A stretch of DNA of 63,755 nt, the filler included, from Octopus bimaculoides (Eukaryota), in assembly GCF_001194135.2 (NCBI RefSeq). It is 8 parts of 6 records of this genome, joined end to end, with 100 filler letters (N's around TTAATTAATTAA, not from the genome) between each part and the next. Parts side by side here need not be neighbours in the genome. Positions count along the whole stretch, not along the records: positions 48,992 to 54,560 come from NC_068983.1; positions 54,661 to 58,279 come from NC_069008.1; positions 58,380 to 61,253 come from NW_026295152.1; positions 61,354 to 63,755 come from NC_068989.1; 4 more parts are not named here. The stretch is one strand, 5' to 3'. Both the position numbers and the translations under genes were made by a program. This document shows positions 50,669 to 63,420 of the stretch, one piece after another; the first letter of the stretch is position 1, and each line of letters opens with the position of its first letter. Below the pieces are notes generated by a model. The model did no database searches, had not been told where the DNA came from, and worked only from the letters and a program-made list of their open reading frames with translations.

Positions 50669-51924
50669 ATGTAGCACTAAAGATCGACAATGGAATGAAT
50701 GTACAGGAAAACAGAATAACACACAACAACGGACAATGACTAGTACAGGCTCTCATCAATTATCGGTCAAATATTATAACACTTGATACTTTCCGACGAT
50801 GCTGCTTCCTTTGGCAATGTCAACAACATAACAGCCGAGGTGTCAATGAGCGAACAAGATTTTTTTTTTTTAAATGAGAAAATTTTAATAACAAGAAATG
50901 ATGAATTCTATAGACCAAATGGTAAATAAAGATGAATTACGAGAATCGAAAAAAATATAACGAAAGACGCAAATAGTCAAAGCTAGCAACAGAAAATATA
51001 CAAAACGACCCAGAGGAATAACTATATATACATATAATATCTTTCGACATAGCGAGAAAAATAAGACGAGTTGTGCTGACAGGAAAGCTGGTGGTCATTT
51101 AGATCTTCAGAAAAAATGCAATAATTTTTATTTTTAAGTTAGACAGACGGAATGTTGGAACTAAATTTAAAATCTTAGATAAACCAGGATCTAAGAGACA
51201 AGCGACACACACAATAATCAAATAGATACAAATAGGTGACAAGAGAAACAAGAAGAAGACTTCGGATTCCATTGTAAGAGGAGTGAGAAGGAAAATGTAC
51301 AGATGGGTTAAGAGAAGGAAAGGTACAAATGGGTTAAGAGAATGAAATGTACGGATGGGTTAAAAAGAGTGAGAAAGAGGGTAAAGAAGGTCCTTTACAG
51401 CGATAAAACAATGTGGGAAGAGGTGGAAGGAAGGAATTCGATAAAGAGAGAGACTGCAAATTAAGGGGAGAAGAAAGTGGGTGTGGGTGAGTTAAGGGAA
51501 AGACAAAGAGTGAAAGGAGAGAAAGGAGGGGCCATTGCAAAGATAAAACAGTGAAGATATATGCAGACATAGCCTATCTTTTTAGACTAAAGTGTAAACT
51601 AGCGGTGTTTTTTTTCTACTATTTTTAGCATTTCATTTACACTTTAAAATAGCAGATTGACAGCGACAAACTATTAGTTGTTATGAAAATAAAATGTATA
51701 ACACAGGTGAGTATATTCGTATGCAAACAAATGTAGATGCATGGAAACATACTTAGATAGATGTTATATACGAGTGTGCGCATTTATATAACTATTCCTA
51801 CCTACCTACCTACCTACCTACCTACCTACCTACATACATACATACATACATATATTCATACACACACACACATATAATTATACATATGTATACATACACA
51901 CACACACACAAACACAAACGTACG

Positions 51925-51960
<36 letters not shown>

Positions 51961-52640
51961 TACGTACATACATATATACATACTTGCTGTAAAGAATGTG
52001 ATAGAGATATGGAAATATAAGCCGAAGGGGTCATATAAAAAGTAATATCACTAATATTATTGCAGCATAAAAATTATAGGCATAATACAGTATGAAAATT
52101 GGAAACTTTAGAGTGTGACAGTGAAACTGTTGCATTTGGATAATTTCTCCAAATCATGCAGCCTTACTTAGAATTGCATGTAAACACGAATAAATAGATC
52201 CTTTTAAGTATTAATTTATATACTTATAATTTACAATACAAACATCGTATATATATATATATATATAGATAGATAGATAGATAGATGTACATATGTGTGT
52301 ATATGTATTAAACTATGTGATATATAAATATATANNNNNNNNNNNNNNNNNNNNNNNNNNNNNNNNNNNNNNNNNNNNNNNNNNNNNNNNNNNNNNNNNN
52401 NNNNNNNNNNNNNNNNNNNNNNNNNNNNNNNNNNNNNNNNNNNNNNNNNNNNNNNNNNNNNNNNNNNNNNNNNNNNNNNNNNNNNNNNNNNNNNNNNNNN
52501 NNNNNNNNNNNNNNNNNNNNNNNNNNNNNNNNNNNNNNNNNNNNNNNNNNNNNNNNNNNNNNNNNNNNNNNNNNNNNNNNNNNNNNNNNNNNNNNNNNNN
52601 NNNNNNNNNNNNNNNNNNNNNNNNNNNNNNNNNNNNNNNN

Positions 52641-52677
<37 letters not shown>

Positions 52678-53452
52678 CTATATGTATATATATATATATG
52701 TATGTATGTATATATGTATATATATATATGTATATTTATAAATATATGTTACTTTTTTGTTTAAACTTTCATTTAGATTATATATTTGATATCATGCCTC
52801 ACCTTATGACGTCTGCGCCATAGGCATTTGTATCTATTTACCAGATTTTTGCATGTGTGTGTTTGCATGTATGTATTTGTGTATGAGGACGTAAGTATAT
52901 GCACATGATTATGCGCGCTCGCGTGTGTGTGTGCGCGTATTTGCGTCTGTGTGTGTGTAAGTGTGTGCGAACAAAGTCTGTGTAATTTGTCTGCAGTACA
53001 TTGACGTGTTGTATATATATATGTATGCGTATCTGTGTTTACGTTTGCTCGTCTATACGAGCGTATGCATGTATTTTGGCAAAATTCGGGCGTTGTGTGG
53101 TGAGTGGCATAATGGTTTGGGTGAGGACGTAAGATTTTTTTAGATCGTGAGTTCCATTCTTGGTATTGGCAGTGCGTTGGATCCTTAAGAAAGATACTTT
53201 ATTTCTTCATACATTAGTTAGATCAGTTCAAAATGAGTATCAGCGATAGAAGTAGGGTGGATTAAACCTTCAGCAGACTGAGATGCTGAGTGATGAGTCG
53301 TATATTCTCAGTCGCTCGGACGATGCCGAAATGTTGAATGAATTCCAAATTAAGGGACGTGTAAATTTGAGATAAGACTTGCACGTGTGTATACGTGTGT
53401 GTGTGTGTGCTTGTGTTCGTATACATACTCATACGGATACATGCGTACATAC

Positions 53453-53520
<68 letters not shown>

Positions 53521-54501
53521 GTGCATACATACATATACACATATACATGCATTACTAAGTGTGTGAAGACAGCGAGACAAAATATGAGTGTTTGCATTTC
53601 TTCGTATGCATACATATGTGTGAAGGAAGAAACGCTCATAAGCATAATAATGTAAATATTTATAGGTATCGTCATGTTTACAAATAACGTTATAAGAGAT
53701 AGATTTATGGACAGATAGTAAAAATGTCAAGTGGTTTGATAGCCCAAGAGAAACGTATAAAAATAAACGGTAGAAGACGAGAAATCTTGTATTTGCTTTC
53801 GTAATTAGTGATTTTAAACGCTTTCAATTTAAATGTGAAGAAGATATCAATTATGACAGATATATATTATCCTACATCGATGGATGAGGAAACGTAGATA
53901 GATATGTCTCTAAGAGATGAATATAGCTAATGAAATGTAGCTGTATATAAAATATAAATGTATACACAGTAAAGAAATACATACGTATCCACAAAGCACA
54001 TACATCATAATTGGATTTAACGAGGTATTTCACACCAAAACTGCTCCACAAATGTTCATACAAATCAGGAATAAGATGAAACTACGACATTGTCTCTAGC
54101 GTGTAAGAATAACCGGAAGGAGTTTTTCTGATACACGGTATATAAAGAAAATGTCACAACTCGCAATGTCTTCCACTAGTTCTGGTTTAAGAAATTTTTC
54201 TCTCCTTAGCGTAAATTTTCGTACTTTGGTGTTGCCGATTTAAAGTGTTCTCCTGTGTATAATCTTAGACCGGGTAACGCAGTTTTTTTTTTATCTATTT
54301 ATAATTTTGTATGTGATTGTTGGGGAGAGATGAACCTGTCTAATTTTCATATAAAGCGTGTTCCACTTGTGTTTAACACCGACGACTACAAATACATTCA
54401 GTGCACCAATTATATGAGGTAATGATCCAACAATTTTACAGATAATTTCTTATGCAGTTATCATTCCTCAATTAAGTTGAAAGCTTAAGTCAAGTGAAGA
54501 C

Positions 54502-54560
<59 letters not shown>

Positions 54561-54660
54561 NNNNNNNNNNNNNNNNNNNNNNNNNNNNNNNNNNNNNNNN
54601 NNNNTTAATTAATTAANNNNNNNNNNNNNNNNNNNNNNNNNNNNNNNNNNNNNNNNNNNN

Positions 54661-56080
54661 CAAATGAATTGGGTGCATAAATTGCGACCAACCTGACCGT
54701 CTTACCACAACTGAAAGTCAAATCTAGGAGGACCAGCCTTCAGGATCAATAAAAACAGACTTTACCTCAGGAACCCGGTCTCTTTTTATTAAGACCAACA
54801 CCCCACCCCACCTCCCGGCCGACATGGAGAGATGTATCTCTCGTAGCTGCTCAAGAGGGGGAGCAGATCCTTTGGCCTGCTTATCCGGGTTTCTGTGGCA
54901 GCAATCACATCCAAATTTCGCGAACTGATGTCATTTAGGAAGCGCCCTTGCTTCCAACTCGACGACAGGCCGCGTACATTTAAACAACAAATACGAATAG
55001 CCATGAGTGTCTTACCTTAGTCAGTGTCTGGAGGCGGAGAAACCCCTGCCTTTTCCACTCCATCTGAGGCCTGTGAAATCAGAGGTATAATATTCTCTGA
55101 CATAGTTGGAACATAGTCCAATCTTGGGGCTCCAGCATTATTTCTGTAGTTGTTAAATACATTGAATAATTTCCTTGTTGTTTCCCACATTGGAAGCAAC
55201 GAGGTTGGCGGCCTTCCACTGACACAACCAGTCGTGTCCCACCAACCTCAAAACTTTCAATTATCTCTTCCAGTGTGGTCTGTTCCGCCTGTATTATTAC
55301 TTTCAGGGCCTGGCTCAATAACAGTTGCATCCAATACTGTAATCTTATCTTCCAGACCCATTGTTACCNNNNNNNNNNTTCAGGGCCTGGCTCAATAACA
55401 GTTGCATCCAATACTGTAATCTTATCTTCCAGACCCATTGTTACCGCGGCGACTAGCCACTCTGGGTCCACCTCAGGGGGAATGTTGTTGATCATTATTT
55501 GTGATGTTCTCCTACCGATGTACAGTGGTAGGAGAACCGCATTTTCAGTCCTCAGAGGCTCCACAGAATGGAGTCGGGCAGCTTCCTCCGACTCTATTCT
55601 CACCTCAACAGTAGCATATCGCTTGCCTCTGGCGGTGTAAGTGATTTTTTGCAATATCGGCTTTAGGCACTTCTCAATCTCGGCTTCTGAGACGTAATCT
55701 ATTTTCCTCTCTTTTGTGCTGTATGTTTTGAAGATGATAGTCTTCCTTTCTGTTTTTGCCAGGAAACTTTGGGGAGGGGTTGCAATGATGCCGTGACCCT
55801 CCCTTTTCATAATTTTCTTATGCTTCTCTGTGTTGTTGAAGTTTACTTTCCTTTGATTGGCACCAGCCACCGATGCAAAGTCTAACTTTTTTCTTGTTGT
55901 TTTTTCATTTTTTTTTTCATTTGATTCCTTTGTTTTAAGGCTTTTTACATCTATGTTCCTTTTCGACGTTGCTAGCTGATTTCTTATGATTCTCGGTTGT
56001 TCATCTTCGTCCTGAATTAATTCTATCTCACATATTCTTTCGATTTCTTGTTCTGTTAGTTCGCTCCTCATTTCAGCCAT
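54661..56080 (-). mobile_element. L1/Tx1-clade LINE 5' portion: ORF1 (gag-like, RRM-like + broken zinc knuckle) and start of ORF2 AP endonuclease
   Basis: ORF1 starts at 56080 (..VSVEGRQPRCFQCGK..) and stops at 55017. ORF2 ATG at 55004: ICCLNVRGL, IAATETR, GGV.., VAIYAPN (APE motifs; frameshifted). Cut by scaffold join. Confidence 0.85.
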
Positions 56081-56479
56081 CGTGTAGGTTTCTCTTCATG
56101 GGGAAACCGTTGCCGGTTTCACCAACTGTAACAATTTATCCAAAAATTAACAAAACACAGTACAACAATCAAAATCAAATTAAATACTCCACTTGTGAGG
56201 TAACAATATCCCAAATCACGTACACAATCCAAAAAGACATGCACAAGGTATTTCTTTATTACCCACGAGAGGCTAAACATAGAAGGGGAACTAAAATTAT
56301 AAAATGGAGGTATAAAGAAAGAAACAAAATAAAAGAAAAGAATGAATTATGAAAAAGATGATATAATGAGGCGGAATGCTCACTCGACCCCCGACGTCGA
56401 GTGGTTACATTGATACCGTTTTGTCGTTCAATGCCTTAAATCTAACAGTTCAATTCCATAGTCCTCTTTCAGTTTAGTA

Positions 56480-56708
56480 TAATTAATCTTTTTCGGCAAC
56501 TTGTCTCTATCACCGATGACTTTCCACCAATCAATGCCTTCATCATTCTTTTTTACTTTGGAAATTGTTTACCAAATAACACATCGTAGTCTCATCATCA
56601 TCATCCACGAATTCTACTTCCACCATATCCTTCCAATCGTTCAACCGTTTAAACATGTCATCTCCCGCGTTCTCAAACAGAACACAAGCAAAACAAACAG
56701 GGGGGGGG
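56480..56708 (-). mobile_element. Fragment of a related ORF1-like element
   Basis: PPVCF.. followed by DMFKRLNDWKDMVEVEF, resembling the GRPPVCF and ..YRKLKEM..KVEF segments of 57072-58059. Confidence 0.45.
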
Positions 56709-57071
56709 NNNNNNNNNNNNNNNNNNNNNNNNNNNNNNNNNNNNNNNNNNNNNNNNNNNNNNNNNNNNNNNNNNNNNNNNNNNNNNNNNNNNNNNNNNNN
56801 NNNNNNNNNNNNNNNNNNNNNNNNNNNNNNNATTGGGTAGGTTTGGTGTCTGTATGGGGAGGGTGAGGTGAAAAGGGAGTCCATATTGACTATATAAATT
56901 TGCTCTTAAAAAAATCCCCCCCCCCCTTGCACCTGCCTCGAAGTTGATTGTATTAATTTTGTGCTGGTGAATTTTAAAGAATAATTTTTTGAGCCGCGTA
57001 GCAGCGGTTTGCGTATTTACGTGTTTTGGCCGTGCTTTCTCTTCTCGTAAGAGAAGAGAACCGGTTAAGGA

Positions 57072-58059
57072 ATGTCTGAAGACAGTTATTCAAACATGTC
57101 TTCGTCCGACAAGGAGTTGCGGGAGGCTGTGAAATTAACGGACCAAATGCTGACAACAGAGAACAGGAATTTTGCTGATGCAGCAAGGTGTAAGGAGGCG
57201 GAACTGAATATTGGCGAACTAGGACAGCATAAAGGAGAAATGACACGAGACAGGTGAAAATAATCAAGGTGGAAAGGTCAAAAGAAATCAAATGGTGGGG
57301 TTTTGGGGTAGAAATTCTAACCCACATTACCCTGCCAGACCGACATAATATTGCGGAGGAGTTGGTGCTTCCCGATGACACCCGACTACAGATCGTGGTG
57401 AAGGGTAGGCCACCAGTATGCTTCACATGTGGAAAAAGGGACCACATGAAGGCATGGTGCACCCAAAGGAAGCTACAAACAGAACAGGTGGAGAGACAGG
57501 AGAGTGTGGACCAGGTAGTACAGGGCAAGGCAACAGAAAAAGAAACGGAGAAGGGATTCACTATAACTAAAAAGAAAAGAAGGAGGAGCGGAGGAATGAG
57601 TTCTCCGTCTGAGAAGCAAAAGAAGAAGACGAGAGAAAATGTGAGAAAAGAAACTGTGAAGGAGGGCAGTAGGAAGGGAAAAGAATGTAAAAAGAAAGGA
57701 GTTACCAGTGGAGAAAGTGTCGGAAACCCAACTGTATGAAGGTGAGATGGAAAGATTATTTATGGAGGAAGAAAAGAGAGAACCAAAAGTCCAAGAGAAA
57801 GGAAAGAAGATACGAGGAGAAGGAGTATGGTATTATGTAACATACCCAAACAGTGTTGAAACAGAAAAAAATAATCAAGTTACATTCAATAGTAAGGGTA
57901 AAGGTGCCTTCATACATCTACGCGGAGGATATGAAGGCAATATTGATTGAAGAGGAAAACTATAGAAAATTGAAAGAGATGTGTGGAGATAACGTTGACC
58001 CGCCAGGAGTAAAGGTGGAATTTAAAGAGTTTAGAGAAATTGAACGCCTAATAAACTAA
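57072..58059 (+). mobile_element. Degenerate ORF1 (gag-like, CCHC zinc knuckle) of an L1/Tx1-related element; no ORF2 seen
   Basis: LQIVVKGRPPVCFTCGKRDHMKAWC (Cx2Cx4Hx4C), homologous to the ORF1 at 55017-56080. Lys/Arg-rich tail, frameshifts. Confidence 0.7.
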
Positions 58060-58780
58060 GAAAAAAGTATGGAATTTAAAAAAAAAAAGAACAATTGTAA
58101 AATGTACATATAACAGTTCAAATGGTAATGCATGGGAGTGGGGCCCGTGCGTCCATTTCATTTTCTCATTTTTATATAACTTTCATTTCATTTACATTCG
58201 TTTTATGTTTTTTGTCCTCACTGTGGTCTTGTCTGTCCTTGTGGTGTCCACATTTGTGTTTGGGGTTTTATGCCTAATANNNNNNNNNNNNNNNNNNNNN
58301 NNNNNNNNNNNNNNNNNNNNNNNTTAATTAATTAANNNNNNNNNNNNNNNNNNNNNNNNNNNNNNNNNNNNNNNNNNNNTTTTACTGAGTTCTCATTTTC
58401 CATGTAATGACCTTTGTTCAAACATACACGCATGTACGTCCAAGAAAGACGGTTTTGCCATTTCTTACTGAACGGCCTACACAAATGATTTGTATAAAGT
58501 GAGCAAATGTATGTGCTGTACATTAGTTCACCCCACTCAGTCGAATCGACGTTACCTGAAGAGGGGGCACAGTGTACCACATCAAGCGTCAAAGTGATCG
58601 CAGCGGAATATGAGACGAAGTGTTTTACTCGAGAACATAACGCATCATCCGGTTCAGGAGTTGAAACTACAATCTCGTGATTGTGAGTGCAACACTCCAA
58701 CCACTATGCATGTCTCCTTACGCATATGCACAAACATATATACGTACAAAAACGCACATATACACCCTATACATAGGGTG

Positions 58781-58827
<47 letters not shown>

Positions 58828-58893
58828 AACAACAACAGACGAGGTGTAAACAACAAAAGGATGTATTAGTATGACGCTCGGGAATACGGAAAG

Positions 58894-58930
58894 TCTTTAA
58901 CGTTTCGAGCTACGCTCTTCAACAGAAAGA
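58894..58930 (-). ncRNA. Minimal hammerhead-like motif with U at core position 6 (CUGUUGA); all helices intact
   Basis: tcttt-CUGUUGA-A-gagc(gta)gctc-GAAA-acgt palindrome-GUU-aaaga. Confidence 0.65.
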
Positions 58931-60354
58931 ATACGGAGACAAGGAGAAAAACACGGAGAAAAAAAATTGAATAGTGTTCGGTCAACGGTCAATCATACAC
59001 ACACACGTTTGTGTACATATATATATATATATACATACACGCACACGTGTGTGAGAGTGTAGATTGTTGTAAGCATGCATTTAGATGAATGTGTAGGTAT
59101 GTGCATTTAGGACTACATTTGTTTTATATATCGCATTGCCGCTGTGGTGGGTTTCTTAAATGCGCATTTTTTCCTCTTTGGGTTTCGTTAGTAACAAGCA
59201 ACCGCCATTTTCCTATATTACTGACGACGGATTTCTTAGCGTGCTGTTGCCAATGAGTATTTACTACCGATAAAGCCGAAAGAGGAAGAGATGCGCATTT
59301 AGCAATAGTACTGCCAATGAGGGGTGGTTTTTTGTTTATTACTAATTATATTCTTTGCTTTGTTTACCATTTGTTGAGTTTTGTAATTATTCAAACATGT
59401 ATCAATGTCCCATCTCTGGTAAACAACCAAAGACATTTCATGAGAAATGATGATAAACATCTTAGTAATTCCATTGCTCATTCTGAATGAGATCTAACTT
59501 TTCCTTTTAATAATACTAGCAAACATACCCTTCTACGATGGAGGCATAAAATGAGGGAGGGAAGTCATAACAGCAGTATGTATCGAGGAATGTGTAAATA
59601 CACTTGATAGATTATTGGGTGATGTCTTAGAGAAATCACATTATTGTTGGTGATACAACATTCTATTGCAGCTATATGACATGTGTTTGCGACTAAGTGA
59701 CATGTAATGGCGATTCACTTTCGAACTGAAATAGGCTCCCAGCCTCTGTATCAGGAATGATTATGTGGACCACTCCGAACGAAAGCCAGAGATTCCTTTG
59801 ACCACTACATGAAAACTATTAAGAAGAAATGTTATGTAATTGTTTACATTATTTTACGCTTGTTTATACTCTTATACTTTCAAAGTTCACAAATTTTCTT
59901 ATTTAAATTATGAATCATTCCTGTCGATAATATCAATATGATTACAAAACTTCTTTGTAGACAATATTTTCTGTTTGGTCGACACTAATTTTCAAATTAT
60001 TGGAGTTCGTTGCTCTACTCATAGCGACGAATAACTGGCCGTGTGTAAACATCGGAGAGGGAAAAAAATACGATCTAAAGTTTGGCCCTGTAGCTTGTTT
60101 GTTGTGAATGCGCGAGCGGAATCTTTAAAGTTGCAAAAAATTAAACTAAGTCTTTACCTCTCACTGTTCTATGCGAATAATGTCTGGATGTTCTGATACC
60201 ATGGGTTATTTTGATTGACAAAACTGTGATGTGAACATCAGCCGCTTCGATTAGCCATTTCGAATCCGGCTCGAGACTGACACGCTTCAATCACCATTAA
60301 ATAATCACACACACTATATACTGACACACTTTCTTCCATTTTATTTTCGCTATT

Positions 60355-60900
60355 AACCGTCCTCGCGACCCCCTTCGTATCTACGATGAGGCCACGAACT
60401 ATACGATGAAAATCCAGAGTTACTCGTGGTCGGTGAATTTTTAATAAAAGTGCGAAGTCGGTTTATCAATTCAACAATCGAAATCCACAAAATAATCGTA
60501 CTTTCTGATTTTTTTTTTAATATCAAAAACCTTCCTGACGACCGTCTTTGTAATCCCGAAAAATATCGTAACCATTGGTCCAGCCGCCTGGCCGTGAAGT
60601 GGGAACAGACAAACATAGGGACTGACAGACGTACATAACGCCTATTATAGTAAGATAGAAAATCTGCCCATCTACGATGGAAGATAAAGGGATAGTATCG
60701 CAAATCTAAACTCTCTAAATTCACGAACTATACGGAGTGGGGGTGGGAAATCCAGAGTTAATCCTCGTCGTTAGAATTTTAATAAACAAAATCAAAGGTG
60801 ATTTATTAATACAAAACTCAACATCCACTAAATAATCATACTTTTTCACATTTTTTTCTGCTAAAAACCTTCCTGATTATCTCCTTCGTAATCCCGATAA
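60355..60900 (+). mobile_element. Two diverged tandem copies of a Helentron/DINE-like element (tentative)
   Basis: Shared cacgaactatacg..aaatccagagtt..atccac.aaataat..aaaaaccttcctga..gtaatcccga blocks at about 60395-60560 and 60720-60900. The first ends in ccagccg..acagac..ttatagtaagat. Confidence 0.45.
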
Positions 60901-61353
60901 TGGTATTGAATTGTAAGACGTGTGATATATGCATATGCGGCATTGAGTTGTAAGACGTGTGAGGCAGTGAATCCTCCTATAACGACTTGACTTCAGTTTA
61001 TGTATCTGGGGAAAAGTTCTCTCGGAATTACTCATGAAAGTTGCTGGTAGAAGGCCAACAATTTTGCGGGGAGAAAAAATCGATGACATCATCCCCTGGA
61101 CGTGAGTGGTATGTTATTTCTATCGACCCCGAAAGAATGAGAAGCAAAAATGACCCCAGCCGAGTTTGAATTTGGAACGTAATGAGTTGAAAGAAATGTC
61201 ACTAAGCATATAATATAATACTATATATGTGTATGTATGTATGTATGTATGTANNNNNNNNNNNNNNNNNNNNNNNNNNNNNNNNNNNNNNNNNNNNTTA
61301 ATTAATTAANNNNNNNNNNNNNNNNNNNNNNNNNNNNNNNNNNNNNNNNNNNN

Positions 61354-62268
61354 GAAGATGAAGATCGAACAGGACGTCCAGTTGAGTTTGATGATAAGCT
61401 CTTTGAGGCATTACTTGAAGAAAATCCTGCATTATCAGTTGAAGAATTGGCAATAAAGCTTAGTTCAAACCATACAACTGTTCGTCGTCGTCTTCAACAA
61501 CTTGGAAAGGTTCATAAACTTGGAAAATGGGTGCCTCATAAATTGTCCGAAAGCAACCGCAAACTCCGAGTTGACATCTGCTCTTCACTCCATTCTCGCG
61601 AACTCATTTCACCCTTTTTGGATTAACTTGTGACTGGTGACGAAAAATGGATCTATCGAAATGTTAAACGTCGTAAACAGCGGCTTGGTAAAAGGGAAAA
61701 AGCTCAACCACAACCGAGAAGGGAACTTCATGGGAAAAAGGTTCTTCTCTCTATCTGGTGGGATTGCAAAGGAGTAATGCACTTTGAATTGTTACCACCT
61801 AATGCAACAACCAACGCTCAAGTCTACTGTCAGCAATTAGAGCGTTTGAACCAAGCTTTGAAGAAAAAAAGACCCGCTTTAGTGAATCGAAAAGGAGTAA
61901 TGTTTCATCAAGACAATGCGCGACCCCACACTGCAAAAATCACATCACAGTAGATCGAAGAGCTTGGTTGAGAAAAAAATACTCATCCACCTTATTTTCC
62001 TGACCTTGCTCCTTCAGACTACCATTTGTTTCGTAGTTTACAGAATCATTTGGGGGACAAAATTTTCACAAGCCAGAAGGAGGTGTTAACTGACATTTCA
62101 GAGCTCTTCGCTTTGAAACCAAAAAAGTTTTACATTGATGGGATAAAAAATTGTAAATAGATGGAAGGAAGTCATAGATAATCAGGGAAAGTACATTAAT
62201 GATTAAATTTCAATTAAATATAACATTTGATCACTTGTTTTTTTTATTCAAAATTCGGACAGAACTTA
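61354..62268 (+). pseudogene. Mariner (DD34D) transposase pseudogene with 3' terminal region
   Basis: WVPHKL, TGDEKW, HQDNARPH and YFPDLAPSDYHLF motifs. In-frame stops (e.g. 61951). 5' end lost in a scaffold join. Confidence 0.92.
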
Positions 62269-62496
62269 CACATACACATCCACACACATATACACATATA
62301 CATTACTTTCCTATATATACGCTCAAACACATACATATGCATAACGACATATCGATGGCATTATATATAAATATAAAAAATAACATATGTCTATATATAC
62401 AAGCGCTTACATGCATATACACAAACATATATTTATTCATATATACACATATATGTACACTTATAAAAGTATACATACGAATACAGATATACACAT

Positions 62497-62997
62497 TTAA
62501 TAAAATTTTCTAAACACGTATTTAGAATAGTGTGTACAAGATAGAACACGCACACGTCTTTCGCTAAGCAATTTCTTCGTAGATGTTAATATCTGATATA
62601 ATTCATCTATACACCACAAGTTGCATCTAGAATCATTAATTTTATACGATCTAGCGTGACTAATTATTTTCCAATTTATTTTGTAAGATTTCTTACTATC
62701 CTTCAATTCCAAAATTAGTTTACTTAGACTAGTACTGTTAAATCTATCTCTATTCCTAAAGGTGTAATCGTGGTTTGCTATCCGTTTTTTAATAAAATTT
62801 TCCGTAGATCCTATGTAATTTTTTTTTTTGTTCCGAATCCATCCTACATCTATATACAATATTATTCTGTAAACAAAATTTTTAAATAAACATTTATCTT
62901 TACATCTACAATCACAGTTTCTAGCTAGATTATTATCTGTAATATTATTGTTATTTTTTCTTGTCCTTTCACACGGAATTTCGTCTTTCTGAACCAA
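62497..62997 (-). mobile_element. Penelope-like element remnant (GIY-YIG domain)
   Basis: C.C..K.CL..N.VY, NYIGSTENFIKKRIANH, TSLSK, YKINWKII and RCNL..DE motifs. Confidence 0.85.
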
Positions 62998-63000
62998 GGA

Positions 63001-63079
63001 CTCCGAAGTGACTTATATATAATGGAACTGTGATTATGCATATAAGAAAAATATATATAAGTCGAAACAATTTGTTGGC
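63001..63079 (+). ncRNA. Decayed hammerhead motif at the inverted 5' junction of the Penelope remnant
   Basis: Core ccgaagt (2 changes from CUGAAGA), perfect 10-bp stem II gacttatata/tatataagtc, GAAA, acaa-t-ttgt, GUU. Confidence 0.5.
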
Positions 63080-63361
63080 ATTTTTCGGTTTTTATAATTA
63101 TTTATATAATATTATGTTATGTTATATATTATATTCATAGTATTTAATGTGATATTGTAATATAGATAAATTTTTGGATTGGCTATAGAATATCTCTATA
63201 TTTAATTTATTTTTAGATATATATGTACACAAATATATATATATATNNNNNNNNNNNNNNNNNNNNNNNNNNNNNNNNNNNNNNNNNNNNNNNNNNNNNN
63301 NNNNNNNNNNNNNNNNNNNNNNNNNNNNNNNNNNNNNNNNNNNNNNTATTACTCGGTAGGC

Positions 63362-63420
63362 CACACTGATGAGGCTCAGGGTTTAAATATCCAAAAACCG
63401 AAACATGGTTTTTGGATATC
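63362..63420 (+). ncRNA. Partial hammerhead motif whose 3' end is replaced by a fold-back
   Basis: CUGAUGA (63366-63372)-gg..cc-GAAA-catg, then a 13-bp hairpin atatccaaaaacc/ggtttttggatat (63387-63399/63407-63419). Confidence 0.4.

Noticed and set aside
59220-59295. ctgacga...ccgaaa as a hammerhead
   Set aside because: No stem II or stem III and no UH cleavage site in the right geometry.
59299-59481. Minus-strand ORF or ATGGGA start as the Src first coding exon
   Set aside because: ATG GGA CAT TGA stops immediately, and the other frames show no MGxxxS-type start or donor.
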